NCBI GenBank assembly: GCA_035948995.1
Contig: DASZIR010000069.1
Span: 997-64,996, forward strand
Source of the DNA: Paraburkholderia sp.
GTDB taxonomy: Bacteria > Pseudomonadota > Gammaproteobacteria > Burkholderiales > Burkholderiaceae
Direction: 5' to 3'
DNA length: 64,000 nt
The notes below the pieces were generated by a model. The model ran no database searches. It was not told the DNA's origin and saw nothing but the letters and a program-made list of their open reading frames with translations. Shown piece by piece: positions 19,791 to 28,375 of the stretch. The first letter of the stretch is position 1, and every line of letters starts with the position of its first letter. The position numbers and the translations under genes are program-made.

Positions 19791-20308
19791 CACGGATTTC
19801 TCACAACTTTGAGCGGCGGGGACTTGCGCGTCGGGCCTTCGGTCAGCAGCACCCGCATATGCTCGCGCGCGCGCGACAGGCGCGACATCACGGTGCCGAT
19901 CGGCACGCGCAGCGCGACCGACGCCTCCTGGTAAGTCAGCTCCTCGACGCAGACGAGCAGCAACACTTCGCGCTGCTCGAGCGGCAGGCAATACAGTGCC
20001 CGCTGCAGATCGCGCAGCACCAGCCCGTCCACTTCACCGTGGGGGGCCTCCATATTGCGCCACGGCGCGCTTTCGTCATCTACGGCGATCTCGCGGCGCA
20101 CACGCAACTGGTCGATGTACAGATGGCGCAGGATCGTCAGCAGCCATGCGCGCAGATTACTATTCGGACGAAACGCCGACCAGCGCGCAAGCGCACGCTC
20201 CGCCGTATCTTGTACCAGATCGTCGGCCCATGCGGAATCGCCCGTCAGTGCGCGCGCATAGCGGCGCAACTGCGGGAGCCACGAAATCACTTCCGCTTCG
20301 AAATTCAC
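19790..20308 (-). CDS. ECF RNA polymerase sigma factor (ECF26-like)
   Basis: LRRYARALTG..ADDLVQDT, LRAWLLTI, LP..QREVLLL and Y.E....L.VPIGTVMSRLSRAR. Confidence 0.92.
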   Translation of the reverse strand: MNFEAEVISWLPQLRRYARALTGDSAWADDLVQDTAERALARWSAFRPNSNLRAWLLTILRHLYIDQLRVRREIAVDDESAPWRNMEAPHGEVDGLVLRDLQRALYCLPLEQREVLLLVCVEELTYQEASVALRVPIGTVMSRLSRAREHMRVLLTEGPTRKSPPLKVVRNP

Positions 20309-20332
20309 GCCGCGAACGCTTTGTCCGGACGC

Positions 20333-20485
20333 TCAGTAACCGCCACTGCTACCGCCCGTCGTATTGGTGCCGCTGGCCCCGCCGGAATTCATGTCGTTTG
20401 GCGAGCTGCAGCCCGCAGCGGCGAGCGATGCCAGCGCGAGCGCCACCAGCACGCACGCGGTAGAAAAAATACGGGATGTCTTCAT
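20333..20485 (-). CDS. Small Gly/Ser-rich lipoprotein
   Basis: MKTSRIF..LALASLAAAG-C lipobox, about 25 aa mature part, AGGAG RBS. Confidence 0.75.
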   Translation of the reverse strand: MKTSRIFSTACVLVALALASLAAAGCSSPNDMNSGGASGTNTTGGSSGGY

Positions 20486-20679
20486 TTGCCGTCTCCTGTT
20501 GACGCCCGGCATAGCCGGTGCGTCGCGGTGCGTCGCCGTTGACGCGGTGTGCCGTATCGCCGCGCGCCGTGCGCGGCCCCTCGCAGCCGGCCAGCGTGCC
20601 CGGACTCGCCCCACCTCTGGCCGCCCGCACGCGGGCGAAGTCGAACGAAGTGCCTCGATGCGCGCTGCCATACCGACTT

Positions 20680-20705
20680 AACGTGTACGGGAGCCGTTTT
20701 ATTCC
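20680..20705 (-). promoter_or_regulatory. Autoregulatory ECF promoter GGAATAAA...CGTT
   Basis: Minus strand GGAATA aaacggctcccgtaca CGTT (N16) upstream of the lipoprotein-sigma-anti-sigma operon. Confidence 0.7.
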
Positions 20706-20914
20706 GCCCGTTCTCGCCTGAGGCCAACCGCACGATCCAGCCCTGGCCCGCCGGATCCCTTGCCAGATTCGTAACTCAACGTTACACGCATCAGTTATCA
20801 GATGCTTCCACGCCCGCAAGCCGTTATAGTGGACGCAGATGGCTCACCCCGCGCGCTTTCTCCTGAAAAGGGTAGAATCGCGGCGAGCAACTGTCCTTCT
20901 TACCTGACTTGTCC

Positions 20915-21382
20915 ATGGCATCCGCAGAATCGCATCCGCAAAACGACTTCATGAACGCAGCGCGCAAAGAAAGAAAGCGCGTGGAAATCTATCTTGTCAA
21001 TGGCATTCGCCTGACAGGGTGCATTGAGTCGTTCGATCAGTATCTGGTGATGCTGCGCACGCCGGTCGGCTTGCAAGGCATCTACAAGCGCGCCATTTCG
21101 ACGATCCAGCTTGACACCGGCACCCGCCCTGCGCCGCGCGCCAGTCGGCCCTCGCATGGCGAACACACGACGCGCGGCCCGCATGGTTCGCGCGAACCGC
21201 GTGAGCATCGCGAGCCGCGTGAACCCCGCGAATCCTACGGCGCCCAGCCGCCTGCCGAGCGGCCGCCTTCAGACCGCGCACCGTCGGACGGCCCGGTGGT
21301 CGTTACCCGCCGCCGGCGCCTGTTCGGCACGGGCAATGGCGAAGGTAACGGCAACGGCAACGGCAACGGCGGCAACGAGTGA
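20915..21382 (+). CDS. hfq2: Hfq paralogue with long C-terminal tail (Hfq2)
   Basis: [33 protein letters not shown] and YKRAISTI; REP and GN repeats in the tail. Confidence 0.93.
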   Translation: MASAESHPQNDFMNAARKERKRVEIYLVNGIRLTGCIESFDQYLVMLRTPVGLQGIYKRAISTIQLDTGTRPAPRASRPSHGEHTTRGPHGSREPREHREPREPRESYGAQPPAERPPSDRAPSDGPVVVTRRRRLFGTGNGEGNGNGNGNGGNE

Positions 21383-21412
21383 ACCACGCATGAACGATCG
21401 TGCCGCGGCGGC

Positions 21413-21640
21413 CTAATCCGCCGGGTTGCCCAGCCGCTGCAAGATCTGCTCGATCCGCACCCTCTGCTTTTGCGTCAGTTCGAACCCGCATTTGACCGCA
21501 AGCACGCGGCGCCGCCAGTAGCCGACCGTCAGCATGCGTACCATCGGTTGCCGCGTTGCCCAATCCAGGTGTTCCAGCTCCGTCTCCACGACGTGTGATG
21601 CGCTGAAACGCTGTCCCCGCGGCGGCCCGTTCGATTCCAT
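21413..21640 (-). CDS. Hypothetical protein (ELEHL...YWRRRV type)
   Basis: 75-aa ORF; the YWR.R motif is seen in small Burkholderia hypothetical proteins. Confidence 0.6.
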   Translation of the reverse strand: MESNGPPRGQRFSASHVVETELEHLDWATRQPMVRMLTVGYWRRRVLAVKCGFELTQKQRVRIEQILQRLGNPAD

Positions 21641-21868
21641 ATCTGCACCACCCGTCTGTGTGCCGCTCCGGCGCAACCGGTGTAGGCGGCTCCCGCGACA
21701 CACCCAAGACGAGGCAACGCGCACCAAATTTCAAGGAATGACGTGGCGCCGTGCGGCATGCGTGCAAGAGCAAAACGCGCGGATGCACGCCTATGCCAGG
21801 CGGCCAGATGGTCGCCGGCTCCAGCTTTGCGCTATGCTGAATGTCCGATACCCACCGCGGAGTACGAC

Positions 21869-22045
21869 ATGTCCAAGCCGAAGTCCAACGCGCCCGCCCC
21901 CGTTGAAACGGCCGATGACCGGCTCGACGAAGCACTCGAGGAAACCTTCCCTGCCAGCGACCCCATCGCGGTCGCCCCTTTCATCGAGCGGCCCGAGCCC
22001 CGCCCTGCGCCGCACGCGCCCGCCAAAGAGAAAAAGCACGGCTAA
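21869..22045 (+). CDS. Small protein with DEALEETFPASDP motif
   Basis: Widely conserved small-protein motif; GGAG RBS. Confidence 0.75.
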   Translation: MSKPKSNAPAPVETADDRLDEALEETFPASDPIAVAPFIERPEPRPAPHAPAKEKKHG

Positions 22046-22156
22046 AACGACAGCCGGGGAAGTTGACCTGAGCGTCACGTAGCGTCATACCGCATCTCGC
22101 GCGGCCTCGCGCCGCGCACCCAAACTCTGCCCGCTCCCGCAAGAAGGAACGACAGC

Positions 22157-23371
22157 ATGCCTGGCGATAGCGCCCATCCGGTCACTGCCAACCCCGCGCG
22201 CTTCCTGCGCGAACGCGACGGGCACGAAGCCCGCGTCACCTACGTCGAACTGTTCTTCGACCTGATCTACGCGTTTGCCGTCACGCAGCTCTCGCACCGA
22301 TTGGTCCATAACCTGAGCGCGTTCGGCGCGCTGCAGACGCTCGTGCTCTGGTTTGCGGTATGGCTCGGCTGGCAATACACCTGCTGGGTCACCAACTGGT
22401 TCGACCCCGAACGCCTCCAGGTCCGGCTGTTGCTGTTTGCGGTGATGCTAACCGGCATGGTGATGGCGGCCAGTCTGCCGCTCGCCTACGGCGAGCGCGG
22501 CCTCGTATTTGCGATCAGCTACGTGACGATCCAGGTGGGCCGCAGTCTTGTCGTGCTGGGTTTTCTGGGGCGCCACCATCCGCTTACCGCAAACTTCCGG
22601 CGCATTTGCGGGTGGCTGGTGATTTCGGGCATTGCGTGGATTGCCGGTGGCCTGCTGGACGGCCTGCCGCGCTTTGCGTGCTGGAGCGTGGCGGTGCTGT
22701 GCGAATACGTCTCGCCGATGTTCGGCTTCCCGCTGCCCGTGCTCGGCCGCTCGAGCGCCGCCGACTGGCGCACCACCGAAGGCGGCCACATCGCCGAGCG
22801 CTGTCAGGCCTTCGTGATTCTGGCGCTCGGCGAATCGGTGCTGGTGACGGGCGGCACGCTGTCGGACCTCGCCACCTGGAGCGCGCCTGCGGTCATTGCG
22901 TTTCTGGTGTGTTTTGCCGGCAGTGTTGCCATGTGGTGGGTCTATTTCGACACCAGCAGCAGCGCCGGCAGCCGGGCCATCTCACGCTCGAGCGAACCCG
23001 GCCTGATGGGGGCCTATTTTCACTACGTCCACGTGATCCTGATTGCCGGCGTCATCGTCTCGGCCGCCGCCGACGACCTCGTGATCCTGCATCCGCCCGA
23101 GCGCATCGGCTGGCCGACCGCGTGGCTCCTGCTGGGCGGCCCGGCCATCTATGTGCTGGGCAACGGGCTGTACAAGCGCGTCGTGTATGGCTGGTTTCCG
23201 CTGTCGCACTGGATCGGGCTCGCGCTCCTCGCCCTTATCGTGCCATTTGCGTTCCACACCGACCTGCTGATGACGGGCGGCCTCACAACCGCGGTCATGA
23301 TCGTGATTGCCGCCTGGGAGAGCGTCTCGCGCCGCGCGTCGGCGCGAGCTGAACCGGCCAGTGGCGAATAG
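22157..23371 (+). CDS. Low temperature requirement protein A (LtrA family)
   Basis: VTYVELFFDLIYAFAVTQLS, W.YTCWVTNWFDP, HIAERC..F.ILALGES and WWVYF. Confidence 0.92.
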   Translation: MPGDSAHPVTANPARFLRERDGHEARVTYVELFFDLIYAFAVTQLSHRLVHNLSAFGALQTLVLWFAVWLGWQYTCWVTNWFDPERLQVRLLLFAVMLTGMVMAASLPLAYGERGLVFAISYVTIQVGRSLVVLGFLGRHHPLTANFRRICGWLVISGIAWIAGGLLDGLPRFACWSVAVLCEYVSPMFGFPLPVLGRSSAADWRTTEGGHIAERCQAFVILALGESVLVTGGTLSDLATWSAPAVIAFLVCFAGSVAMWWVYFDTSSSAGSRAISRSSEPGLMGAYFHYVHVILIAGVIVSAAADDLVILHPPERIGWPTAWLLLGGPAIYVLGNGLYKRVVYGWFPLSHWIGLALLALIVPFAFHTDLLMTGGLTTAVMIVIAAWESVSRRASARAEPASGE

Positions 23372-23485
23372 TCCGCGGTCGCTGCCCTCGCCACGATGGC
23401 CGGGCCCACCGCCGCTACGCGGGCGGCCGCAAAACCCGCAAACCACCGGCCGCGCCGGCCAGACAACAAAAGCGGCAAAAACAAC

Positions 23486-23510
23486 AAAAACCCGTGCGGC
23501 GAACCGCACG
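23486..23510 (-). terminator. Intrinsic terminator after DUF2968 gene
   Basis: Minus strand CGTGCGG-TTCG-CCGCACG-GGTTTTT. Confidence 0.7.
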
Positions 23511-23540
23511 AGTGTCGTGTTTCCTGCGAGTGGCGCTAGC

Positions 23541-24263
23541 TCAGTGCAGCGAAGTCGGCAAGCCGCTATCCAGCTGACGCTGCAGTTCCTGCACCTGACG
23601 CTGCGCTTCGCGCAACTGGGCCTGAGCGGCAGTCTTCTGCTGCACAAGCGCAGTGGCTTCCGCACGCGTCTGCTGCTGCTGGCTGTTGACGATGTTCTGC
23701 TGCTGATGCGCCACATCGAGGTCGGCCTGCAGGCGATTGGCGCGGTCCTGCGACAGCGCGATCATCCGCTCCGTGAACGCCTTTTGCGCTTCGAGACGGG
23801 TGCGGCGGATCTCGATATCGGACAGCTGGATGGTCTGCCGGACAAAGTCCTTGTAGATCAACTCAGCACGCGTGTCGTCCTCGGTCTTGATGACCCGCCA
23901 GTAGGTTTTCTGCTGGAACAGCGCGACGTAGTACGTCATCTCCCTGGCGTTGAACACCAGGCTCGCACCGTAGCTGCCGTTGTACGTCGTGCGCAGCTCG
24001 GTCAGATCCGAACCCCGGATCATCTGCTGCAACTCCGCGACGTTGCCGGCAGCCGATTGCTTCGCCTCGTCCGCCGTTAGCGCCGTGGCCTGCCCCGGCT
24101 GGCCTTGGATCGTGGCGGGTAAGGCGGTCGTCGTGCCCGGCTGGGAAACGACGGCGGCGCTCGCCCCGCTGTCCGGCAGAGCCTGCGCATAGACGCTCTG
24201 CACGGTCCCCAGCGCAACCAGAGCGCCAAGGGCAATCTGTCGAAGTTTCGACTTGTGGTCCAT
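23541..24263 (-). CDS. DUF2968 exported coiled-coil protein
   Basis: Signal peptide, LTELRTTYNGSYGASL, YYVALFQQK.YWRVIKT and a Gln-rich coiled coil. Confidence 0.9.
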   Translation of the reverse strand: MDHKSKLRQIALGALVALGTVQSVYAQALPDSGASAAVVSQPGTTTALPATIQGQPGQATALTADEAKQSAAGNVAELQQMIRGSDLTELRTTYNGSYGASLVFNAREMTYYVALFQQKTYWRVIKTEDDTRAELIYKDFVRQTIQLSDIEIRRTRLEAQKAFTERMIALSQDRANRLQADLDVAHQQQNIVNSQQQQTRAEATALVQQKTAAQAQLREAQRQVQELQRQLDSGLPTSLH

Positions 24264-24310
24264 GTAATTCCTGCTTGAACAGTTTTTGTTTTAGTACATC
24301 TGTCTCATTA

Positions 24311-25120
24311 TTACTCACTTTCGCGAACTTCGGGCTCTTCGTCGAAAATTTGATACTTACGCATCTTCTCCCATAACACCTTCCGGCTAATGCCCAGGTG
24401 ACCAGCCGTACCCTGCCTGCGCCAACCGTTTGCTTCAAGTGCTGCGAGCACGCGGCTGCGCTCGGCCATGTCCCATTTGCTACGGTCGGCCAGTACTTCC
24501 GCCGCGCTTTCGGCGGGCACCGGCTGGCTGCTGCGCGCGAGCGCCAGCAGGCGATGCAGCCGCGCCGCGTCCCACGCGCCGATCTGGCGCACTGTCACGC
24601 CGATCCGCTCGGCCAGGTTGCGCAATTCGCGCACATTGCCGGGGAAACAGGTGTCGGCCACCGCGTCGGCCAGCCAGCACGGAATGTCGGGCAGCGTGGC
24701 GAGTCGTTCCGGGCCGACCACCGAGGCGATGAAGGCCTTGAAGATCGCGATCTTGTCGACCGCGCGGCGCTCTTCGAGCGAGGGGATTTTCAGTTCGATC
24801 ACCGCCAGCCGGTAGTACAGGTCCGCGCGGAAGGTGCCGTCCTTGACGAGTTGCGGCAGGTGCTTGTTGGTCGCCGCGACCAGCCGGAAATCGAGTTTGA
24901 TGGGCGTGGCCGAGCCGATCCGCGTGACCGCGCTATCTTCCAGCACGCGCAGCAGTTTCACCTGCTGGTAGAGCGGCAGGTCGCCGATTTCGTCGAGGAA
25001 CAGCGTGCCGCCGTCTGCCTGCTCGAAATAACCCTTGTGGGCAACCACGGCGCCCGTGAACGATTCCTTCGAGTGACTGAAGAACAGCGATTCGAACAGG
25101 CCATCGGGAATCGCGCCGCA
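24311..25120 (-). pseudogene. Sigma54-dependent Fis-family activator, 5'-truncated
   Basis: Begins abruptly at [12 protein letters not shown] with no Walker A; GAFTGA loop reads ESFTGA; [28 protein letters not shown] and the HTH are present. Confidence 0.85.
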
Positions 25121-25653
25121 ATATTCTTGGGGCATCGAAGTCCGGCGAGTCGAACATTCCGGGCGTCGTCGAAACCAACCCCGTTTCGACGACCTTCACA
25201 CGCACCGGCGCGAGTTTCTCGCAAACCAACGATTGGCCCCTGAAGATCGGCACCGCGGTGGCCATGACGGGCCAGTACAGCCCCGACTCGCTGCCGACTT
25301 CCGAGCAGATTTCGTTCGGCGCGCAGCGCTTCGCGCAAGGTTATGAGCCGGGCGAGGCATCGGCCGATTCCGGCCGGGGTGCGTCGTTCGAACTCAATCG
25401 CAGCTTCACGCCGGGCTTCACCTATCTGCGGACCTCTATCCCGTACGTGTCGTTCGACATGGCGCGCGTTTACCTGCACGCGGGCACGCCGTCGCCGTCG
25501 AAGCTCTCTTCGGTCTCGTTCGGCTTCCGCATTTCCGACGCGAAGTACTGCACGCTCGATCTGTCGGTGGGCAAGGCCGTGGGCGACGCGCCGGTCGAGA
25601 GCGCCTCGCGCAGCCCGCGGATCAACGCAACATTCTCGTATCAGCTGAATTGA
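25120..25653 (+). pseudogene. ShlB/FhaC/HecB two-partner-secretion beta-barrel, 3' fragment
   Basis: NILGAS...QYSPDSLPTSEQISFGAQRFAQGYEPGEASADSG.GASFEL...FSYQL; POTRA domains and most of the barrel are missing. Confidence 0.8.
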
Positions 25654-25913
25654 ACGGCGCGGCGCGGGCTCAGCGCCCCGCGATAATGTGCCCGCGCCGC
25701 CAGTTTGACTAGAGGTTCCACTATCAAACGCAGGACGCACTTTCACGTATTCTGCGTTGACCAGGTGAGGCCACGAATCCGGCAGCGCCTGGCAGGCCAC
25801 ACCTGGCAAGTCCTTCTGAGCAGGATCCGGCATGAGGAGGCAGCGCGTCGCCTGCCATGTCAATAACGCCGCGCGACCATGATCGCGCCGACTTTCAATC
25901 AAGGAGGAAGACA

Positions 25914-26408
25914 ATGACGCAATTCACCCAATTCTCACTGCGCACCCGCGCCATGATGGCGCGCAGCGCGAAACATGCTGCGCTCGCAGGCGTGCTGCTT
26001 GTCAGTGCCGTTACTGCGATGGCACAAGCCGACAGTCCGGTCGGCACCTGGCAAACCATCGACGACCACACAGGCCAGCCCAAGGCACTCGTACAGATCA
26101 CCCAGGACAGCAATGGCGCGCTGGATGGCAAGGTGATCAAGGGACTCGGACCGAATGATCATCCTGACCGCCGCTGCACCGCGTGCACGGACGATCGCAA
26201 GGATCAGTTGATCCTCGGCATGACGATCATCAACGACATGAAGAAGGATGACGAGGGCTGGGACGGCGGTCAGATTCTCGACCCTGAAAACGGCAAGGTC
26301 TACAAATGCAAGATGCACCTGGAAGAAGGTGGGCAAAAACTGGTGGTGCGGGGCTATATCGGCGTCTCGCTGCTGGGCCGCTCGCAGACCTGGATTCGCC
26401 AGCAGTAG
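25914..26408 (+). CDS. DUF2147 exported protein
   Basis: Signal peptide, GTWQTIDD, CTAC, GG.ILDPENGKVY and VRGYIGVSLLGRSQTW; AAGGAGG RBS. Confidence 0.92.
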   Translation: MTQFTQFSLRTRAMMARSAKHAALAGVLLVSAVTAMAQADSPVGTWQTIDDHTGQPKALVQITQDSNGALDGKVIKGLGPNDHPDRRCTACTDDRKDQLILGMTIINDMKKDDEGWDGGQILDPENGKVYKCKMHLEEGGQKLVVRGYIGVSLLGRSQTWIRQQ

Positions 26409-26488
26409 GAAACTAGCGCCCCTCAGGCGCCTTGGCGCACGCAGTAACGCGTGGTGAACTACGATGCTGCGATGTGCCGCAGCCAGAT

Positions 26489-26529
26489 AAAAGGACCGGC
26501 CGACCATCTCATTCGTACGGCCGGTTTTT
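26489..26529. terminator. Probable bidirectional terminator
   Basis: AAAAgg-ACCGGCCG...CGGCCGGT-TTTT between convergent genes. Confidence 0.55.
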
Positions 26530-26561
26530 CATGGTTGCACGGGTTCAATTCATTGGACTCG

Positions 26562-27017
26562 TCATGCAGCGTGCCTGTAGGTGCCTGCGAAGCTGAATAC
26601 CGAGGGCACGGCCGGCTGTGCGGGCGGCTGGCCAAAAACAGCAGGCGTGGACGGTGCGACCGGGGCCGCTTCAGTGCGAGCCGCCTTCTGTTCAGGGCTG
26701 ACGTGAATACGCATGCGCGCTTCCATCATGCTGCACAACGCGACGCTCGCCTCGCCAAACGGGTGGTCCATCACACGCTTGAGCACACCCGACTCGTGCC
26801 ACGCCTTGAAGCGCCGACGGCAGGTCTGATACGAGGGGTATTTGCGCGGCATGGCGGACCAGGTGGCGCCGCTGTACATCACCCACAGCACGCCGTTGAG
26901 CAAGGAGCGCGTGTTGGCAAGCGGGCAGCCGCGCAGTTCGGAGCGCAGGCACAGTTCGGGGAGCAGCGGAGCAACGCGCTGCCATTCTTCATCATTGATA
27001 TCGCGGTACGGGGTCAT
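26562..27017 (-). CDS. Stand-alone IS5-family transposase N-terminal domain (DUF4096) protein
   Basis: DEEWQRVAPLLP..NGVLWV..SGATWSAMPRKYPSYQTC.RRF..W..SG; no DDE domain; AAGGAG RBS. Confidence 0.8.
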   Translation of the reverse strand: MTPYRDINDEEWQRVAPLLPELCLRSELRGCPLANTRSLLNGVLWVMYSGATWSAMPRKYPSYQTCRRRFKAWHESGVLKRVMDHPFGEASVALCSMMEARMRIHVSPEQKAARTEAAPVAPSTPAVFGQPPAQPAVPSVFSFAGTYRHAA

Positions 27018-27185
27018 GGATTTCTCCTTCGTCAAAAGCCACGACCAAGAAGATATCGGCTTGCCCCTGGACCGGATATAAGATCAATCTGAATCCTGAA
27101 AATGCGACGTTGACCGCCGGTGATCGGCGGCCGGACCCTGATCTATCGCAAAAGTGCGCGCGAACGGCTGAACCGCGGGAACCGC

Positions 27186-28283
27186 TCAGGTCAGCGAGGT
27201 GTCCACCAGACGGCGCGGCGCGTCGAGATATTCCTTCGACTGCATTTCGACGATGCGCGACACCGTGCGGGTGAATTCGTTGGCCATCGGGCCGTCGGTG
27301 TACAACTGCTCGGGCGGCACGGCCGCGGACATCAGCAGCTTGACCTTGTGATCGTAGAAAACGTCGATCAGCCACGTGAAGCGCCGCGCCTCCGAAGCCA
27401 TGCGCGCGCTCATTTGCGGCACGCCCGAGAGGACCACCGCGTGAAAACGGCTCGCCAGTTCCAGATAGTCGTTCTGCGAGCGCGGGCCGCCGCAGAGCGT
27501 GGCGAAGTCGAACCACACCACGCCGTCCGCCTTGCGTAGCGCCTTCAACTCACGCTTTTCGATGTGCAGGATCGGGCTCTCGTCGGGCACGGCGGCGAGG
27601 CGCGCGAACGCGTCACGCAGGGCCTTGTCGGCGGCTGCGCCGAGCGGCGTGTGATACACCTCGACCTGCGCCAGCGTCCGCTGTCGATAGTCGACGCCTG
27701 CGTCCACGTTGATCACATCCAGCCTGGTCTTGATCAGTTCGATCGCCGGCAGCATGCGGTCGCGATGCAGACCGTCGGGATACAGCGTATCCGGGTCGTA
27801 GTTGGAGGTCATCACGAACTGCACGCCGTTCTCGAACATCTTGTCGAGCAGGCGGTACAGGATCATGGCGTCCGCGATATCGGACACGTGGAATTCGTCG
27901 AAACAGATCAGGCGGTAACGCCTGGCGATGCGGCGTGCCAGTTCATCGAGCGGATCGGCCTGACCCTTCAGATCTTCGAGCTCGCGATGCACTTCGCGCA
28001 TGAACTCGTGAAAATGCAGTCGCGTCTTGCGCTGCACCGGCACGACCGTAAAGAAGCTGTCCATCAGGAAGCTCTTGCCGCGCCCTACCCCGCCCCACAT
28101 GTAGACGCCGCGCGGCAGGTCCGGGTGAATGATCAGCTTCTTGAACGCGTTCGAGCGGCGCGACTTGTACTCCACCCACTCCTCATAGCACCGCTGCAGA
28201 CGGTCGACCGCCGCGCGTTGCGCCGGGTCCGATTGATAACCCCGCGTCTGCAGTTCTTTTTCGTAGTATTCGGTGACGTTCAT
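27186..28283 (-). CDS. zapE: AFG1-family ATPase ZapE
   Basis: GVYMWGGVGRGKSFLMD, RLHFHEFM, CFDEF and RRFTWLIDVFYD. Confidence 0.95.
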   Translation of the reverse strand: MNVTEYYEKELQTRGYQSDPAQRAAVDRLQRCYEEWVEYKSRRSNAFKKLIIHPDLPRGVYMWGGVGRGKSFLMDSFFTVVPVQRKTRLHFHEFMREVHRELEDLKGQADPLDELARRIARRYRLICFDEFHVSDIADAMILYRLLDKMFENGVQFVMTSNYDPDTLYPDGLHRDRMLPAIELIKTRLDVINVDAGVDYRQRTLAQVEVYHTPLGAAADKALRDAFARLAAVPDESPILHIEKRELKALRKADGVVWFDFATLCGGPRSQNDYLELASRFHAVVLSGVPQMSARMASEARRFTWLIDVFYDHKVKLLMSAAVPPEQLYTDGPMANEFTRTVSRIVEMQSKEYLDAPRRLVDTSLT

Positions 28284-28294
28284 TTTCTGGCTGC

Positions 28295-28332
28295 AAAAAA
28301 GAAGGCGGGAGGGATTGAACCCGCCCGCCTTC
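28295..28332 (-). terminator. Terminator between lpdA and zapE
   Basis: Minus strand GAAGGCGGG...CCCGCCTTC-TTTTTT. Confidence 0.7.
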
Positions 28333-28375
28333 GTCGTGAAGCAAAGGTGCTGCGATCAGTCAGGCGTGCGCGTGA

